In this document: in pieces, positions 27,970 through 41,464 of the stretch | Position numbering within the stretch: the first letter of the stretch is position 1 | Layout of the letters: the number at the start of each line of letters is the position of its first letter | From: the human T2T-CHM13v2.0 reference genome, Homo sapiens | Assembly (NCBI RefSeq): GCF_009914755.1 | Contig: NC_060930.1 | Length of the DNA stretch: 64,000 bases | Reading direction: 5' to 3' (one strand) | Program-made: the position numbers and the translations under genes | Notes under the pieces: generated by a model | Seen by the model: only the letters and a program-made list of their open reading frames with translations | What the model was told of the DNA's origin: nothing | Database searches by the model: none

Positions 27970-30900
27970 CCACTGCTAGTCATTGAGGAAAAACAAGGTT
28001 CAGGCTTAACCTCCCCTTATAAACAACTAGAAATCTCTGCAAAATATATAAAATAATACTTTTAAAAATATTAAACAAAAAGCATACAACTCTAAGTACA
28101 AATAGAAGAGAAACATAGTGAATATTAAGTCAAGCACTATGTGTGTATATTTTTATTAATTAAGGCAATTTTAAGACTGTACACACAAGAAATGAAAAAG
28201 AAAACAGAGCTTGGCAGACCTTCTAACTTGAGGTGTCAGAGTTAGTAGTGTCAGGATGCTCAGGTAATTGAAAATTGCAGGCTAGAGTTCTAGAAAGGAG
28301 AAATTACTCAGAAAAAGACCTCTACATATGGAGTCCCTTTTATTTTCTGTGTACTAGGTCCCTCTTCTTTGAAGTATAACTCCACAAGACAATCACAATA
28401 ATAGCAGTAAGACTGTCGTGATCATCTGGATAACATAGTGGATACTACAGAAGGGACATATATTAATAGTAGTGGCCTTGAATTGAACACTACTTTGGAC
28501 CCTTCTTAGGAAAACTAAATACTAAGTCTAAAATAGATCAAAACAATCAGAAAAAAAAAGGCTGATTTTTTTTTTAAAGTCCAATGGGAAATTACATAAA
28601 AACAACATACAGCATAAACATGATGTAACTCATTGATGTGATAATTCATTGATGTGATAATTCATTAACATAACTCATAGTGCATAATGTCAGATCACAA
28701 ATTATTAGACATGCCAAGAGAAAAATATATGACCAAAGCTAGGAATATTATCACTCAATAGAATCAACAACAAAAAAAGAGAGAGATGATGTAACCAGCA
28801 GAAAAAGATGTTTTACAGGGCTATGCATACTAAAATTGTAGAAAACCAAATATCTACAGTTAAAGGTTGACATTTTAAAGCTCTCTCTAACATTCATATA
28901 GCTAAAAGACAAAAAAGAATACGTATAGATATATTAATAGCTGTAGAAGTCTTGAACAATAGAATAAACAAAGAAAACCTAATTGTCATTTAGGAAACAT
29001 TTCACACCACAGCAGCAGAAGACATACTCTTTTCAGGTGCACGGAAAACATTCAACAAAACAAACCATATAGTGGAACATAAAACATATAGCTAAAGAAA
29101 TAAAACATACAAAGGAACCAGATGGAAATTTGAGAGTTAAAAAAGAAAATGGCTGTAATAACAATATTTTTGTAGAAACTTAAAAGTTAATTAGGCACTA
29201 CAAAAGAAACATATAGTAAACTTGAAAATAAAGTAATAATATATATCAAAAATAAAGAACGAGAGAAGAAAATGAGAAAGGAAAAAAGTTTCAGTGATTC
29301 AGTTACCTGAGGTAAATTATCAAATATTTTTGCACATGCAATTGGAATTGTTAAAGAAATGAGAGTCGTGATGATGAGGAGAATATATTTGAATAAATAA
29401 AGTGTAATTACATATTTCCATGATGTTTAACAAATGTAAGTAGTATATACACGGAAAATAATACCACAAGAACCATCATAATTAAAATGTTAAAAAACAG
29501 TGAGAATTCCCCATAAAACTCCATATTACCTATAGAAAAAAAGTACAATATGAATGACAGTTAACTTTTAATATCAAACAATGCAATCCAGAAGATAATA
29601 AAAATAAAGTCTTCGTGTGCTGAAAGAAGAAATTTGTTCAAGTAGACTTTTATATACAGCAAATATATCCATAAATAAGGTGAAATAAAAAAAGAAAGGT
29701 TAAAAAAATTGATGCTAGCAGACAAATTATAAATATTAAAGTAAATGTAAAACAGGTTTTTTTAACTTTAAACATTTTTCCAAAATATTATCAATTGTTT
29801 AAATGCATTGTGTGTTTTATATCTTATGAAGAAGCAACATACAGTACTATTATAGCACAAGATTCAAGAAGTGAGAAATGAAATTATACCCTTTTAAGTG
29901 TCACGCACAGAAAATTAAATGGTATAACATAATAGAAGGGATACTGTGATTAAAATGCATATTGTAAATCCCAAAGAAAAAATGAAAATACAATAAAATA
30001 CATAGTTAATAAGCAATCAAATACCAAAATATACTAAATTAATGCAAAAGAAAATAGAAAATGAAAAATGAGGATACAATTTTAAAAAACTGTATGGTAG
30101 ATATGAATTTATATGTACAGTTAAAATGGGTGGAAATAGACTAAAGATTATAATTAAAATACAGAGATGGTCATACTAGATATAAAAAGAAAGACCAACC
30201 ACTTGCTGTATGCATAAACTCAACTGAAATATAAAGACATACATAGGACCAAAATAAAATATGGGAAAAGTTATATTATGCAAAGTGTAAAAAAGCCACA
30301 GTGGCTACATTACTATAAGACAATACAGTCTTAGAAAATAAGAAAAAAAGAGGAGAATTTCACAATGAGAAAGATAACAAGTCAATAAGAAGACATAACA
30401 ATTCTGTATGTCCCCCAACAATGATGTCAAAATATATAAAGTAAAAACTGATGTAACCTAGAACAGACAAATGCACAATTGTAACTACGTATTTTAATAA
30501 CACTCTTCCCATATTTATACACCACACCTACAGAAAATCACTTAGGTTATAAAAGAACTAAACAACATAATGAACAAATTGAGCATAATTAACATTTATT
30601 AACAGTTTATACAATAACAGAATACATGCTCTTTTTCCAGTGAACATAGTATTTTCAACAAAATAGACCATATGAAGTATTATAGAGGAACTCTCAACAA
30701 TTTTTAAAGATTATTATGCAGTATATGAACTATGATCACATTGACTTTGGGTTGATAATTAACAAAAATTTTTTTTAAAAAAACTCTTGTTTAGAAAGTG
30801 AGCAACACATCTCTAAATTACATATGCTTCAAAAGATAAAACAAAAATGCTTAACAACTATTCTGAACTTAACAAAAATTAAACACAACATATTCAAATT

Positions 30901-32790
30901 TGCTTAGAAAACTACAATGCTAAATAGAAGCAGAAACAGAAAACAACTTTGTTTTATTGCTATTCAACATTATAGTTGAAGGCATCCCCAGTTTAACAAG
31001 GTAATGAAAAAATAAAATGCATACAGAATGTAAAGAAAGATGTAAAACTCTCTTAGCTCATAGAAAAAATGACTCTATATGTAGATAGCATTAAAAAAAG
31101 CCAATAGAAATAAGAAGTGATTTAGTAAGATTGGGAAATAAAAGGTTACTACTCATATATCAACTGTTTTTAGTATATTTAGAAAAAACACAATTAGAAA
31201 GTTAAGTTAAATATAACATTACTTATAAGAGTATAAAATATGAAATAAATATGGTTACATGTAATAATATGTACAAGAACTTTATTTTAAAGTGCTACAA
31301 ATATTACTAGGTGAAATAAAAGAAGAAATAATAGGAGAGATATATCATGTTCATGGATAGGAAGACTGAATACCATTAATGTTTCCCGAAACTGTTCTAC
31401 AGATCCATTGTAATCTAGGTCAAAATTTTAAGAAGGTTTACCTACAGAAACGTATAAGCTGATTCTAAAATATATATGTAAGCACAAAGAGTGTGTAATA
31501 ACTAATATAATTTTGAAAATGAAGAATAAAGTTGGGTGATTTCTTCTTCTTGATTTCAAGTCTTAAAATATGTTGCAGTAATTAAAGCAGTGTTAAATTA
31601 TCATAAATATAGATATAGATAGGTAAATGCATACTGGTTTTAGAATACAGTCTGGAAACACACATATACACAGTCAATTGATTTGCAAAATGAGCACAGC
31701 TAAGTTAATAAGAAAGCAATTTTCAACAAATGGTGCTAAAATAGTAGAAACCAGACTATCTTAATTTTTAATCTATACTTGAGCATTCAAATTAACTCAA
31801 AATGTGTCATAGACTAAAATTTTTGAATGCTAAACCCCAAAATTATCTGATATTGTAGAATATGTTGGAGTATCTCTTTGCAAACTTGGGGTAGTCAAAC
31901 ATTTAATTTAGTAACATAATGCTGAAACATTAAAAAAACTGATAAAATGGTCTTTGCAAAAATGTAAAGCTTCTATTTTTAAAAAAATAAGGTTAGAGAA
32001 ATTAAAATGCAATCCACAGGCTAAACATATGTGTTCCTGTGTAAAGAATTCTTAAAACTCACAGATGTGAAAATAAGTAGTGCAATAAAAAATATGTAAA
32101 ATATTTTAAATAAAAACATTACTAGGATCATGACCAATATACATGCAGTTATGCATCATTTAATAAGGGTGATGTATTCTAAGAAATGTGTTGTGTGGCC
32201 ATGTCATCATTATGTAAACATCATAGACCATACTTATCCGAAACTAGATGGTATAGCCTATTATACACCTAGGCTATATGGTTCTATTGCTCCTGGGCTA
32301 CAAACCTGTACAGCATATTACGATACTGAATACTGTAGGCAATGGTAATAGAATGGTAAGTATTTGTGTATCCAAACATATTTAAATATTGAAAAGGCAT
32401 AGTAACAATGTGGTATTATAATCTTATGGGATCATCATTGTATACAGTCAATCACTGACCAAAATGTTTGGTGACACATGATGGTATAAAAAGATGTAAA
32501 ACCCCATTATTTATCAGGAAAATGGAAATTAAAATCACAAGACAATATGACTGCTTGCCCACGAGAAAGGGTGGACTAGAATGCCAAGCAACACTACTGG
32601 TGGGACTATTAAATGGTACAAACACTTTGGAAATAAAGTTTTAAAATTTCTTATTCAGTTAAACATAGTATCCCAAATTGAAATAACCCAAATACGCATT
32701 AAGGAATTGAATGGCAAAACAAATTGTGGTACATCCACTCAATGGCATACTACTCGCAAATTAAAAGGAAAGTAATACTGATACAGATGT
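27970..32790 (+). mobile_element. Ancient, fragmented L1M (L1ME/MD-type)
   Basis: A-rich sense strand with decayed L1 blocks ('catgttcatggataggaagactgaata', 'aagctgattctaaaatatatatg', 'ttttcaacaaatggtgct'). Confidence 0.7.
32146..32484 (-). mobile_element. Tigger3a (MER7A-type) DNA transposon
   Basis: 'ctagatggtatagcctattatacacctaggctatatgg...ctacaaacctgtacagcat...attataatcttatggga' is antisense Tigger3a; decayed TIRs. Confidence 0.85.
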
Positions 32791-32795
32791 AGACT

Positions 32796-33473
<678 letters not shown>

Positions 33474-34129
33474 TCACCAGGACTGTGACATTTCTGGGAT
33501 GATTGCCTTTGTCTTTGCTGTTTCTGCCATTTCTTCAGATATATTCATTTCTCCTCTGCTCCGTTCTGTCTTTATCTGCCACGACTGCCATTTCAATTAC
33601 CAGCACTAACTCTGCTACTTAGAACAATGAAAATCAACATTGTCTGTCTCTGTATGTACCTTCATTCTCAAATTCACTCAACGCTGGCTCCACAGCACCC
33701 ATAAATTTTTCTTAAATGTTTTGAACAGCTGACTTTATTTCAGTTTATATAATTATGAGGTTATTAATTAAATTATATATACCTATAATTGGTAATTAAA
33801 TGTACCATGAATCTAAATAGCTGTTGCTTCTTTAAAATGAAGCAGTGGATGATAATATATGCTCTGAATCAAATATTAGTTTTTTTACTTTTAATTTTGT
33901 TCCATCACTTATTGGTAGTGAGATGACTGGTAAGACATTTTACCTCTTTAGCCTGTTTTAACATTTGTAAGTTGTTCTTAGCCTCACAAGGTTGTACAAA
34001 GATGTTTAAAGCATTTAGCAAAGTTCCTGGAAAACTGTTAATTTTAGATTAAAATATTTCAGTATTATCTTTAATTTCTTTTTCTCTTTCGCCCCTAAAA
34101 TATAACCACCATTTTCTCTAATTTGAAAA

Positions 34130-34750
34130 AAGACTAACTCTGTTGCTTTTACCATTTCCTTCATTTAGGTCACCATCATGTTTCCTTTAGATTAACTTGC
34201 CTTATGCTAAATTATTTCACAATGCTGCACCTACAATGTTCTTTCTGAGAAGCAAAATCACTAATGCCCCTCAATACAGAAATGCCAGTCAGGCTTTTTG
34301 TTAATAATCAATCTACAAGGAATGCATCCAGTTTGTGAAGTGCTTCAGGATGTAACCCATTTTTAACTTTTTCAGTCTCCCATTCTATCCTCACTCCCTA
34401 CACTTTATCTGCAGCCATATTGAATGAACTCATTCCTTTTCTTATGTTATTTCCTCTGACTGGAAACCTTTAGTGTCTTCTCTTTACCTGGTTGATTCCT
34501 AGTAATCCTCACTGTCACTTCATTTGAGATGCACTAACATTGGATACAAGGTCGAAAGTTCCAGTTTTATATTCCTGAATTTTCCACCAAAGGGTTGTAG
34601 GGCTTGACATTAATATTATCATTTAGTCAAATGACACCTCCAATAGATTGCATGATTTATGAGAATAGAGACCACATCTAACTTCCAGTGGGTAGCATCT
34701 ACCATAAGACTTGGTACACAGCATACAGCTAATAGTCAACAAATACAAGT
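34130..34750 (+). mobile_element. Decayed L2 3' region
   Basis: Weak L2-like blocks ending 'ttggtacacagcatacagctaatagtcaacaaata'. Confidence 0.45.
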
Positions 34751-35173
34751 GTGATATATTCTTGTTAACTAAGGATAATTCTAATAAAAAGAATCCCAGA
34801 AACCTTTGAAGTTATCACTCCATAAAATTACCTTTTTTGCCAAGTTATTATCATCATGAGATTTTTCCAGGCTCTGTCTTTGCCACTTGCTAGAGATGCA
34901 CCTATTTCCTTTTAGGACCTCCCATGACTATCTTTGTGTTTTGATTCTATAATCTTTTATCATACTCTGTAACTTATTTTATAGTTAAAATATTAAAGGC
35001 AGAAGACCTCTGGACTTAAGTGTGTGAACTTATTAGTCCCAGATCTATTTTTTTTCTATTTAACAGGCAATTAAATTCAGTTTCATATTCAACAGATAGA
35101 GGTTGATTAATTGTTGACCCAAAATGAAATTATTCAGTTATTAAATATCAGTAATATTTGTTAAAAGAATATG

Positions 35174-35573
35174 CAGTCGACCCTTGAAGCTATCAAAAAC
35201 CAGTCATGTAACCACTGACTCCCCAAAACTTAACAACTAGTTACCTACTGTTAACAAAAAGACTTACTGATAACCTCTCTTTTAACACATATTTTGTGTA
35301 TGTATTACAAACTGTATTCTTACAGTTGAGTTAGCAAGATAAAAGGAATATCATTAAGAAAATCAGTAGGAAGAGAAAATATATATTTTTATTTATTAAG
35401 TGGAAGTGAATCATCATAAAGGTCTTCATCCTCATAATCTTCAGTTTAGTAGGCTGAGGAGGAGGAGAAAGAGAAGGGGTTGGTCTTGGAGCCTCAGGAT
35501 GGCAGAGACAGAAGAAAATCTATGTATAAGTTGACATGCACAATTCAAACCTGTGTTGTTCAAGGGTTAACTG
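35174..35573. mobile_element. Tigger2a (MER28-type) DNA transposon
   Basis: TIRs cagtcgacccttgaa ... ttcaagggttaactg followed by TA; internal 'aagtggaagtgaatcatcataaaggtcttcatcctc'. Confidence 0.85.
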
Positions 35574-35647
35574 TAACGTAGGTTCTTCTTTATGAGGTGA
35601 TATATTCTACTAAGCCAAAGTTATATTTTTTTGTTTGCTTGTTTATT

Positions 35648-35962
35648 TTGGCTTAAACAACAGACCTTTATTTTCTCACAGTTGAAGAGGTTGGGAAGTA
35701 CAAGATCAAGGTGTCATATGATGCACTTTCTGGTGTGACTTGCAGATGGTCTCTTTTATGTGACTGCAGAGAGAAAGGAAAAGAAGATCTGCTGGTGTCT
35801 CTTCTTATAAGGAAAAATACTAAACCATTAGGTTTGGGCCCCACTCGATCACCTCATTTAAGCCTAATTCCCTCCTTGTAGAATGTATCTCCAAATACAG
35901 TCACATTGGGGGTTAAGGCTTTAATACATACATTTTGAAGGAACACAATGCAGTCCACAGCA
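35648..35962 (-). mobile_element. MLT1A/B-type MaLR LTR, partial
   Basis: 'ggcttaaacaacaga...ttctcacagtt...aagatcaaggtg...ctccaaatacagtcacattggggg'. Confidence 0.75.
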
Positions 35963-38014
35963 GAATGGAAGCTGTAAGCAATGGAACAACCTCCCAGGGA
36001 AACAGTGGGGATCATTCCTGGGGAAATAAAAGGTCACTGGACTTGTCCAGTTCCTCAATATATTGTAGGCCTCCTCCTGAGCTTTTGGAGATGCGTGGAA
36101 GTGAAGGGCACAATAAAAGTCTTAAATTAGAAGAAAATGTGCATAATAGCATATGCACATAAATATATGCATATATTCTTCAGAAACATGTATTGTATAA
36201 ATCATAATAACATAAAACATTTTGGAGTATTATTTTATAGGCATTCAGTTATATTAGATAACATTAATAAATCCACATTTTGTTGTAAATTATCTTTTTT
36301 ATTTAAAATGATATGTTCTATTTGTATTTACATATTTAATTCACACAAACAAAACACAGAACATTACTTACCATAGTAGAAATAATATTTTTTTTGTTAA
36401 TTTTATTATCAAGTATGTTTGAACTCAATAGAAGCCTATTCTGCTTGCTTCTGTAGCCCTAGAATGCATAATATTTAATCATCTAATATAGCTTTTCAGT
36501 TAAGCTTTTAAGATTACAGATGTGTTTTCCTTTTATGCAATTACTAATCAACTTTTCCCTCTTCTTCGTTTTGTCTGATTCAAGTTCATTTTAAGTCGTG
36601 TGGGCCTTGATTTACTCATTTTTTTAAATTAAACAAAGTTAGCAGAGGAAAAACACAATGAACAAGTTTTATTTTCTTTAATATGTAAAATCTTTTCGTG
36701 AGTGGTTGGCAGTTCAAAGAATGCCGTTATACTCTGAAATTTTGAAGCAATTGCTCTTTAAGGCAAAAAAGTGATAATAGACACAATGTCACAATATTTT
36801 TAAGTTCATTTAACATATTATTAACTAATATATCTGTTGTCCTATAATCCTAGAACTTTATATACCCACCGTATTTCTCATCTACTTTGTTTTTTCTAAA
36901 AGTAAAAATTAATTCATCCATATTTGTCACTCTTTAAAAGTATGTCTCAATATTAAAGAAAATATTCTTCAGAGCAATGTGCTTTTATTTCTGAATTCTT
37001 GTGGGGATTTTATTGTACCCTAGAGATTTTTGAGATGCAGATATTTTAATTGCTTGACCACCTGTCTTTCCTAAACTTCGGTTATTCTTTTGCTCTTGGG
37101 AATTGTACGTAAATTTCCAGCATCTGTTCTTAATCTGTTTGGTAAATGCAAAGAGAAAGTATTCATTTAATTCCTCAAAGGCTATTCCCAACTCAATAAT
37201 AACTACTGAAAACTTATGTGATTTCTTTTTAAAGTAATATACATTCTATATGGTTTCAAATTTATTCATATGCAAATTATGTCATTTATTCCATCAAAAA
37301 TGATCAATCTTCAATGTCTATATAACAATAAGGACTGTGTTTCCAACTATTTGTATTATAAATTTAATGCTGAGGTTTTATATATGATCCAATTGTTTTT
37401 CTCCCCTATAATTTCATTTTTTTTTTTTGGTTGGGGATTTAAGGTAAACTATAACTTGATTTAAATTACATTGTTTAAACACTCAAAACTTGTTTGCCTC
37501 ATGAATATTTGGGTTGGTTTGGTGAACATCTTCATCATATAAAATCTAAACATTTGCATTTCTCCCTATAATTTTCTTTTTTAATTTGTAAGAAATCATG
37601 AGGTATAGGTAAAATTATTTTTATTATACCTGTAAGGGAATTAAGGCTAACAATATAAAGACTTACCTCATAGTTGTGTACCTTTCTAGTAATGAGATAG
37701 GGATTCAAATCTAATACTGATTTACATCTTAGTTAATAAACCAGAGTAAGCAGTTGATGGATTACATTTCACTTTTTGTTTCCATCTTAATATAAATGTT
37801 TAGCTTTATATTCATAAAGAAATATCAAATTATAAAAAGATAATTTGGAAAATAATACTGAACAATTTCATGGAATATAATGCCCTATGTCTCCATATTC
37901 TCATAATATTCCTCAAGATAAACCCCAGTGTTTAGTGTATTGCTTCTAATAATAAATCCTTTTTTAATTATGTAAATGTTTCTGAGTTATTACCCTACCT
38001 GTTATAGTAAATTT

Positions 38015-38320
38015 GTGTATATATTACATAAATACAATAATATATTATATATAATATATAATTATATATTAAATATATTGTATTTACATATTATATATGT
38101 AAACAATATTATGTATATATTATATATTGTCTATATACTATATATACAATGTATACATTACAGAGACAATAATATATTTATATATAATATACACACATTT
38201 ACCATATCAACTTTTATAGTAAAATTATGTATTATAATTGTATATGTTTATATATAATTTGTAATATATAACATATAAGTTTATATATAAAATTTTTAAT
38301 ATATATATAATACATAATTT
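38015..38320. repeat. (TA)-rich low-complexity tract
   Basis: About 300 bp of degenerate tatata repeats. Confidence 0.85.
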
Positions 38321-38828
38321 GTTACATGATTTAACTAAAAGACAAATAACAGTAATATAGCTGCAGCAACTAGTGGTTGTGGGTCAATAGATACAGCCAG
38401 TTTGTAACTCCAACTTACCTCTCTTATCAACCTGACTAGGGGCAAAGAGTAATAGTACATAGGGCTCTAAGTTTACCCTTTAAAATTTAATGTAGTATAA
38501 AACTTATTTTTTAAAATATAGTATGGTTTTCTATTACTAACATCTAAAACAAGCCCATGACAAATTATTAGAAAGAAAATGCAAAGAGCTTTTCAGTAAG
38601 GGGAACAGTTAAAAAAATTTAGAGATGTTTATATTTTTCTTTATTTGAATGATATTAAACAGGAATCAACTTAAAAAGGAATGAAAGGAGATATATTTTA
38701 AGACATTAGGAAAGTTTTCACAAAACCTTAAAACTGAAAAAATGAGCTATACACTTGGGTATAATTGTTATTGCAAAAATATTAATTATAAATTTAAATT
38801 AATTCCAATCAAAACTACAATACATCTT

Positions 38829-39173
38829 TGATATGGGTCGACTGTGTCCCCACCCAAATCTCATCTTGAATTCCCATGTGTTATGGGAGGGAGCCAGTGG
38901 GAGGTAACTGAATCATGAGAGCAGATCTTTCCCGTGCTGTTCTCGTGATAGTGAATAAGTCTCACTAGACCTGATAGTTTTAAAAAATGACAGTCTCCCT
39001 GCACAAGCTCTCTTCTCTTGTCTGCAATCATGTGAGATGTGCCTTTCACTTTCTGCCATGATTGTGAGGCCTCCCCAGACATGTGGAACTGTAAGTGCAT
39101 TAGATCTCCTGCTTTTGTAAAATGCCCAGTCTTGGGTGTGTATTTATCAGCAGCTTAAAAACAGACTAATACA
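38829..39173 (+). mobile_element. THE1 (A/B-type) 5' LTR
   Basis: tgatatgggtcgactgtgtccccacccaaatctcatcttgaa ... acagactaataca. Confidence 0.88.
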
Positions 39174-40330
39174 GTAAATTGGTACCAGTAGAGTGGGGTG
39201 CTGCTTAAAAGATACCTGACAATGTGGAAGTGACTTTGGAACTGGGAAACAGGCTGGGGTTGGAACAGTTTGTAGGGTTCAGAAGAAGACAGGAAAATGT
39301 GGGAAAATTTGAAACTTCCTAAAGAGTAGTTGAATGGCTTTGCACAAAATGCTGATAGAAATATGCACAATAAAGTCCTGGCTGAGGTAGTCTGAGATGG
39401 AAATGAGGAAATTGTTGGGAACTGTAGCAAAGGTAACTCTTGCTATGTTTTAGCAAAGAGACTGGTGGCATTTTGCCTCTGCCCTAGAGATTTGTGGAAC
39501 TTTGAACTTGAGGGAGATGATTCAGGGTATCTGGTGGAAGAAATTTCTAAGAAGCAAAGTATTTAAGAGGTGACTTGGGTGCTGTTAAAGGCATTCAGTT
39601 TTATAAGGGAAGCAGAGCATAAATGTTCAGAAAATTTGCAGCCTGACAACGAGATAGAAAAGAAAATCCCATTTTCTAAGGAGAAATTCAAGCGGGCTGC
39701 AGAAATTTGCAAAAGTAACGAGGAGCCAAATGTTAATCCCCAAGACAATGGAAAAAAATGTCTCCAGCGGATGTCAGAGACCTTTGCGGCAGCCCCTCCC
39801 ATCACAGGCCTGGAGACCTAGGAAGAAAAAATGGTTTCATGGGTGAGGCCCAGAGTCCCCATGCTGTGTGCAGCCTAGGGACTTGGTGTCCTGTGTCCTA
39901 GCCTCTCTAACCATGGCTGAAAAAGGCCAATGCAGAGCTCAGGCCATGGATTCAGAGGGTGCAAGCCCAAAGCCTTGGCATCTTCCATGTGGTGTTGAGC
40001 CTGTGAATGCACAGAAGTCAAGAATTGGGGTTTAGGAACCTTCACCTAGATTTCAGAGGATGTATGGAAATGCCTGGATGTCCAGGCAGTTTGCTGCAGG
40101 TTCATGGAGAACCTCTGCTAGGTCGGTGTGGAAAGGAAATGTGGGACCGGAGCTCCCATACAGAGTTGCTACTTGGGCACCACCTAGTAGAGCTTTTAGA
40201 AGAGGACGACCATCCTCCAGACCCCAGAATGGTAGATCTACTGACAACTTGCACTGTGCACCTGGAAAAGCCACAGTCACTCAGTGCCAGCCTGTACTGG
40301 AGGGTGGCTGTACTCCAAAAAGCCACAGGT
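39174..40330 (+). mobile_element. THE1 internal region, 3'-truncated, no 3' LTR
   Basis: Begins gtaaattggtaccag; collinear with 2888 to about 4050; stops at 'aaagccacagg'. Confidence 0.88.
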
Positions 40331-40334
40331 GTCT

Positions 40335-41050
40335 ATAGGTTTTGAAACATGCACTATGGTTTAAATCATTATACTATCATATGAAATTGTCTCATGACCC
40401 TAAAAATATGCCATCTTTGACCTGTTCAACACAATCCACTTCTCATGAATTACAAGAATAGTTTATATTTTTTACTGACTCTATAGTTTTGCTTTATTTA
40501 GAATGTCATATAATTGTAATAATACAGTATGGACCCTTTTCAGAATGTCTCCTTTCACTTATAAATATGCACTTAAGTTTCATTCATATGCTCTTGTGGA
40601 TTGATTGCACATTTTTTATTGTTGAATAATATTCCTTGTATGGTTTTACACAAATATGCTTATCAGTTCATCTGTTGAGGAGCACCATTGTTATGTCCAT
40701 TTATTGGTAATTACAAATAAAGGTGCTGTATACATTCTTGTGCAGGTTTTTGTGTGGATAAAGATTTTCAAAAGAACTGGGTAAATATCTAGAAATGTGA
40801 ATGCTGGGACTTTGTAGCTTGGTAAGAATCTGCCAAATGTCCCACTAGAAATGAATGACATTTCCTGTTTTTCTAAGTTCTCAAAAACATTTGGAATTAT
40901 CGGTTATTAGATTTTAGTCATTCTAACAGGTATATAGTATTATCTCACTGATTTAACTTGCAATTTCCTAATGACAAATGATATTGATAATCTTTCTGTA
41001 TACTTCTTTGCTGTTTTCTGTGTAGTCTTTGGTAAGATTCCTTTTGTAAT
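40335..41050 (-). mobile_element. L1MC-type host element, 3' part
   Basis: Antisense L1MC blocks ('ctctatagttttgc...gaatgtcatata', 'gtgcaggtttttgtgtgga'); continues at 43585-43700 and from about 48400. Confidence 0.7.
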
Positions 41051-41464
41051 TTTTTATTTTATTTTACTTAGCTTTTATTTTTAGTTCAGGGCATATGTTC
41101 AGGTTTGTTATAGGTACACTGTAAACAAATGGATTCAAATGTTTTCTGTGCTTAGGGAGTTGATGTAGACATAGTACATTATAATGTAAGAAAAATTATG
41201 AAAGTGAACTAATAAATAGGTCTCTAAGAATGAAGATAAGAAAAGTCATGTAGCAGGTTTTTATCTATGGTTTCAAAAAGATGTATTTATATTGCTGTAT
41301 TGCTGTATTCTGAACTGTATTAACTTTCCCTATTTTGATTCTATTTTTGAACCAACATTTAAAGTTAAACCTGAGTTCTTGTTTAGAAAATTGTACTAAT
41401 ATTACATTTATATTACTAATATCTACAAATATTACATACTTCAATGATAAATATAATTTCATCT

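Noticed and set aside
28621-28666. 16-bp tandem duplication cattgatgtgataatt x2
   Set aside because: Ordinary slippage within a decayed L1.
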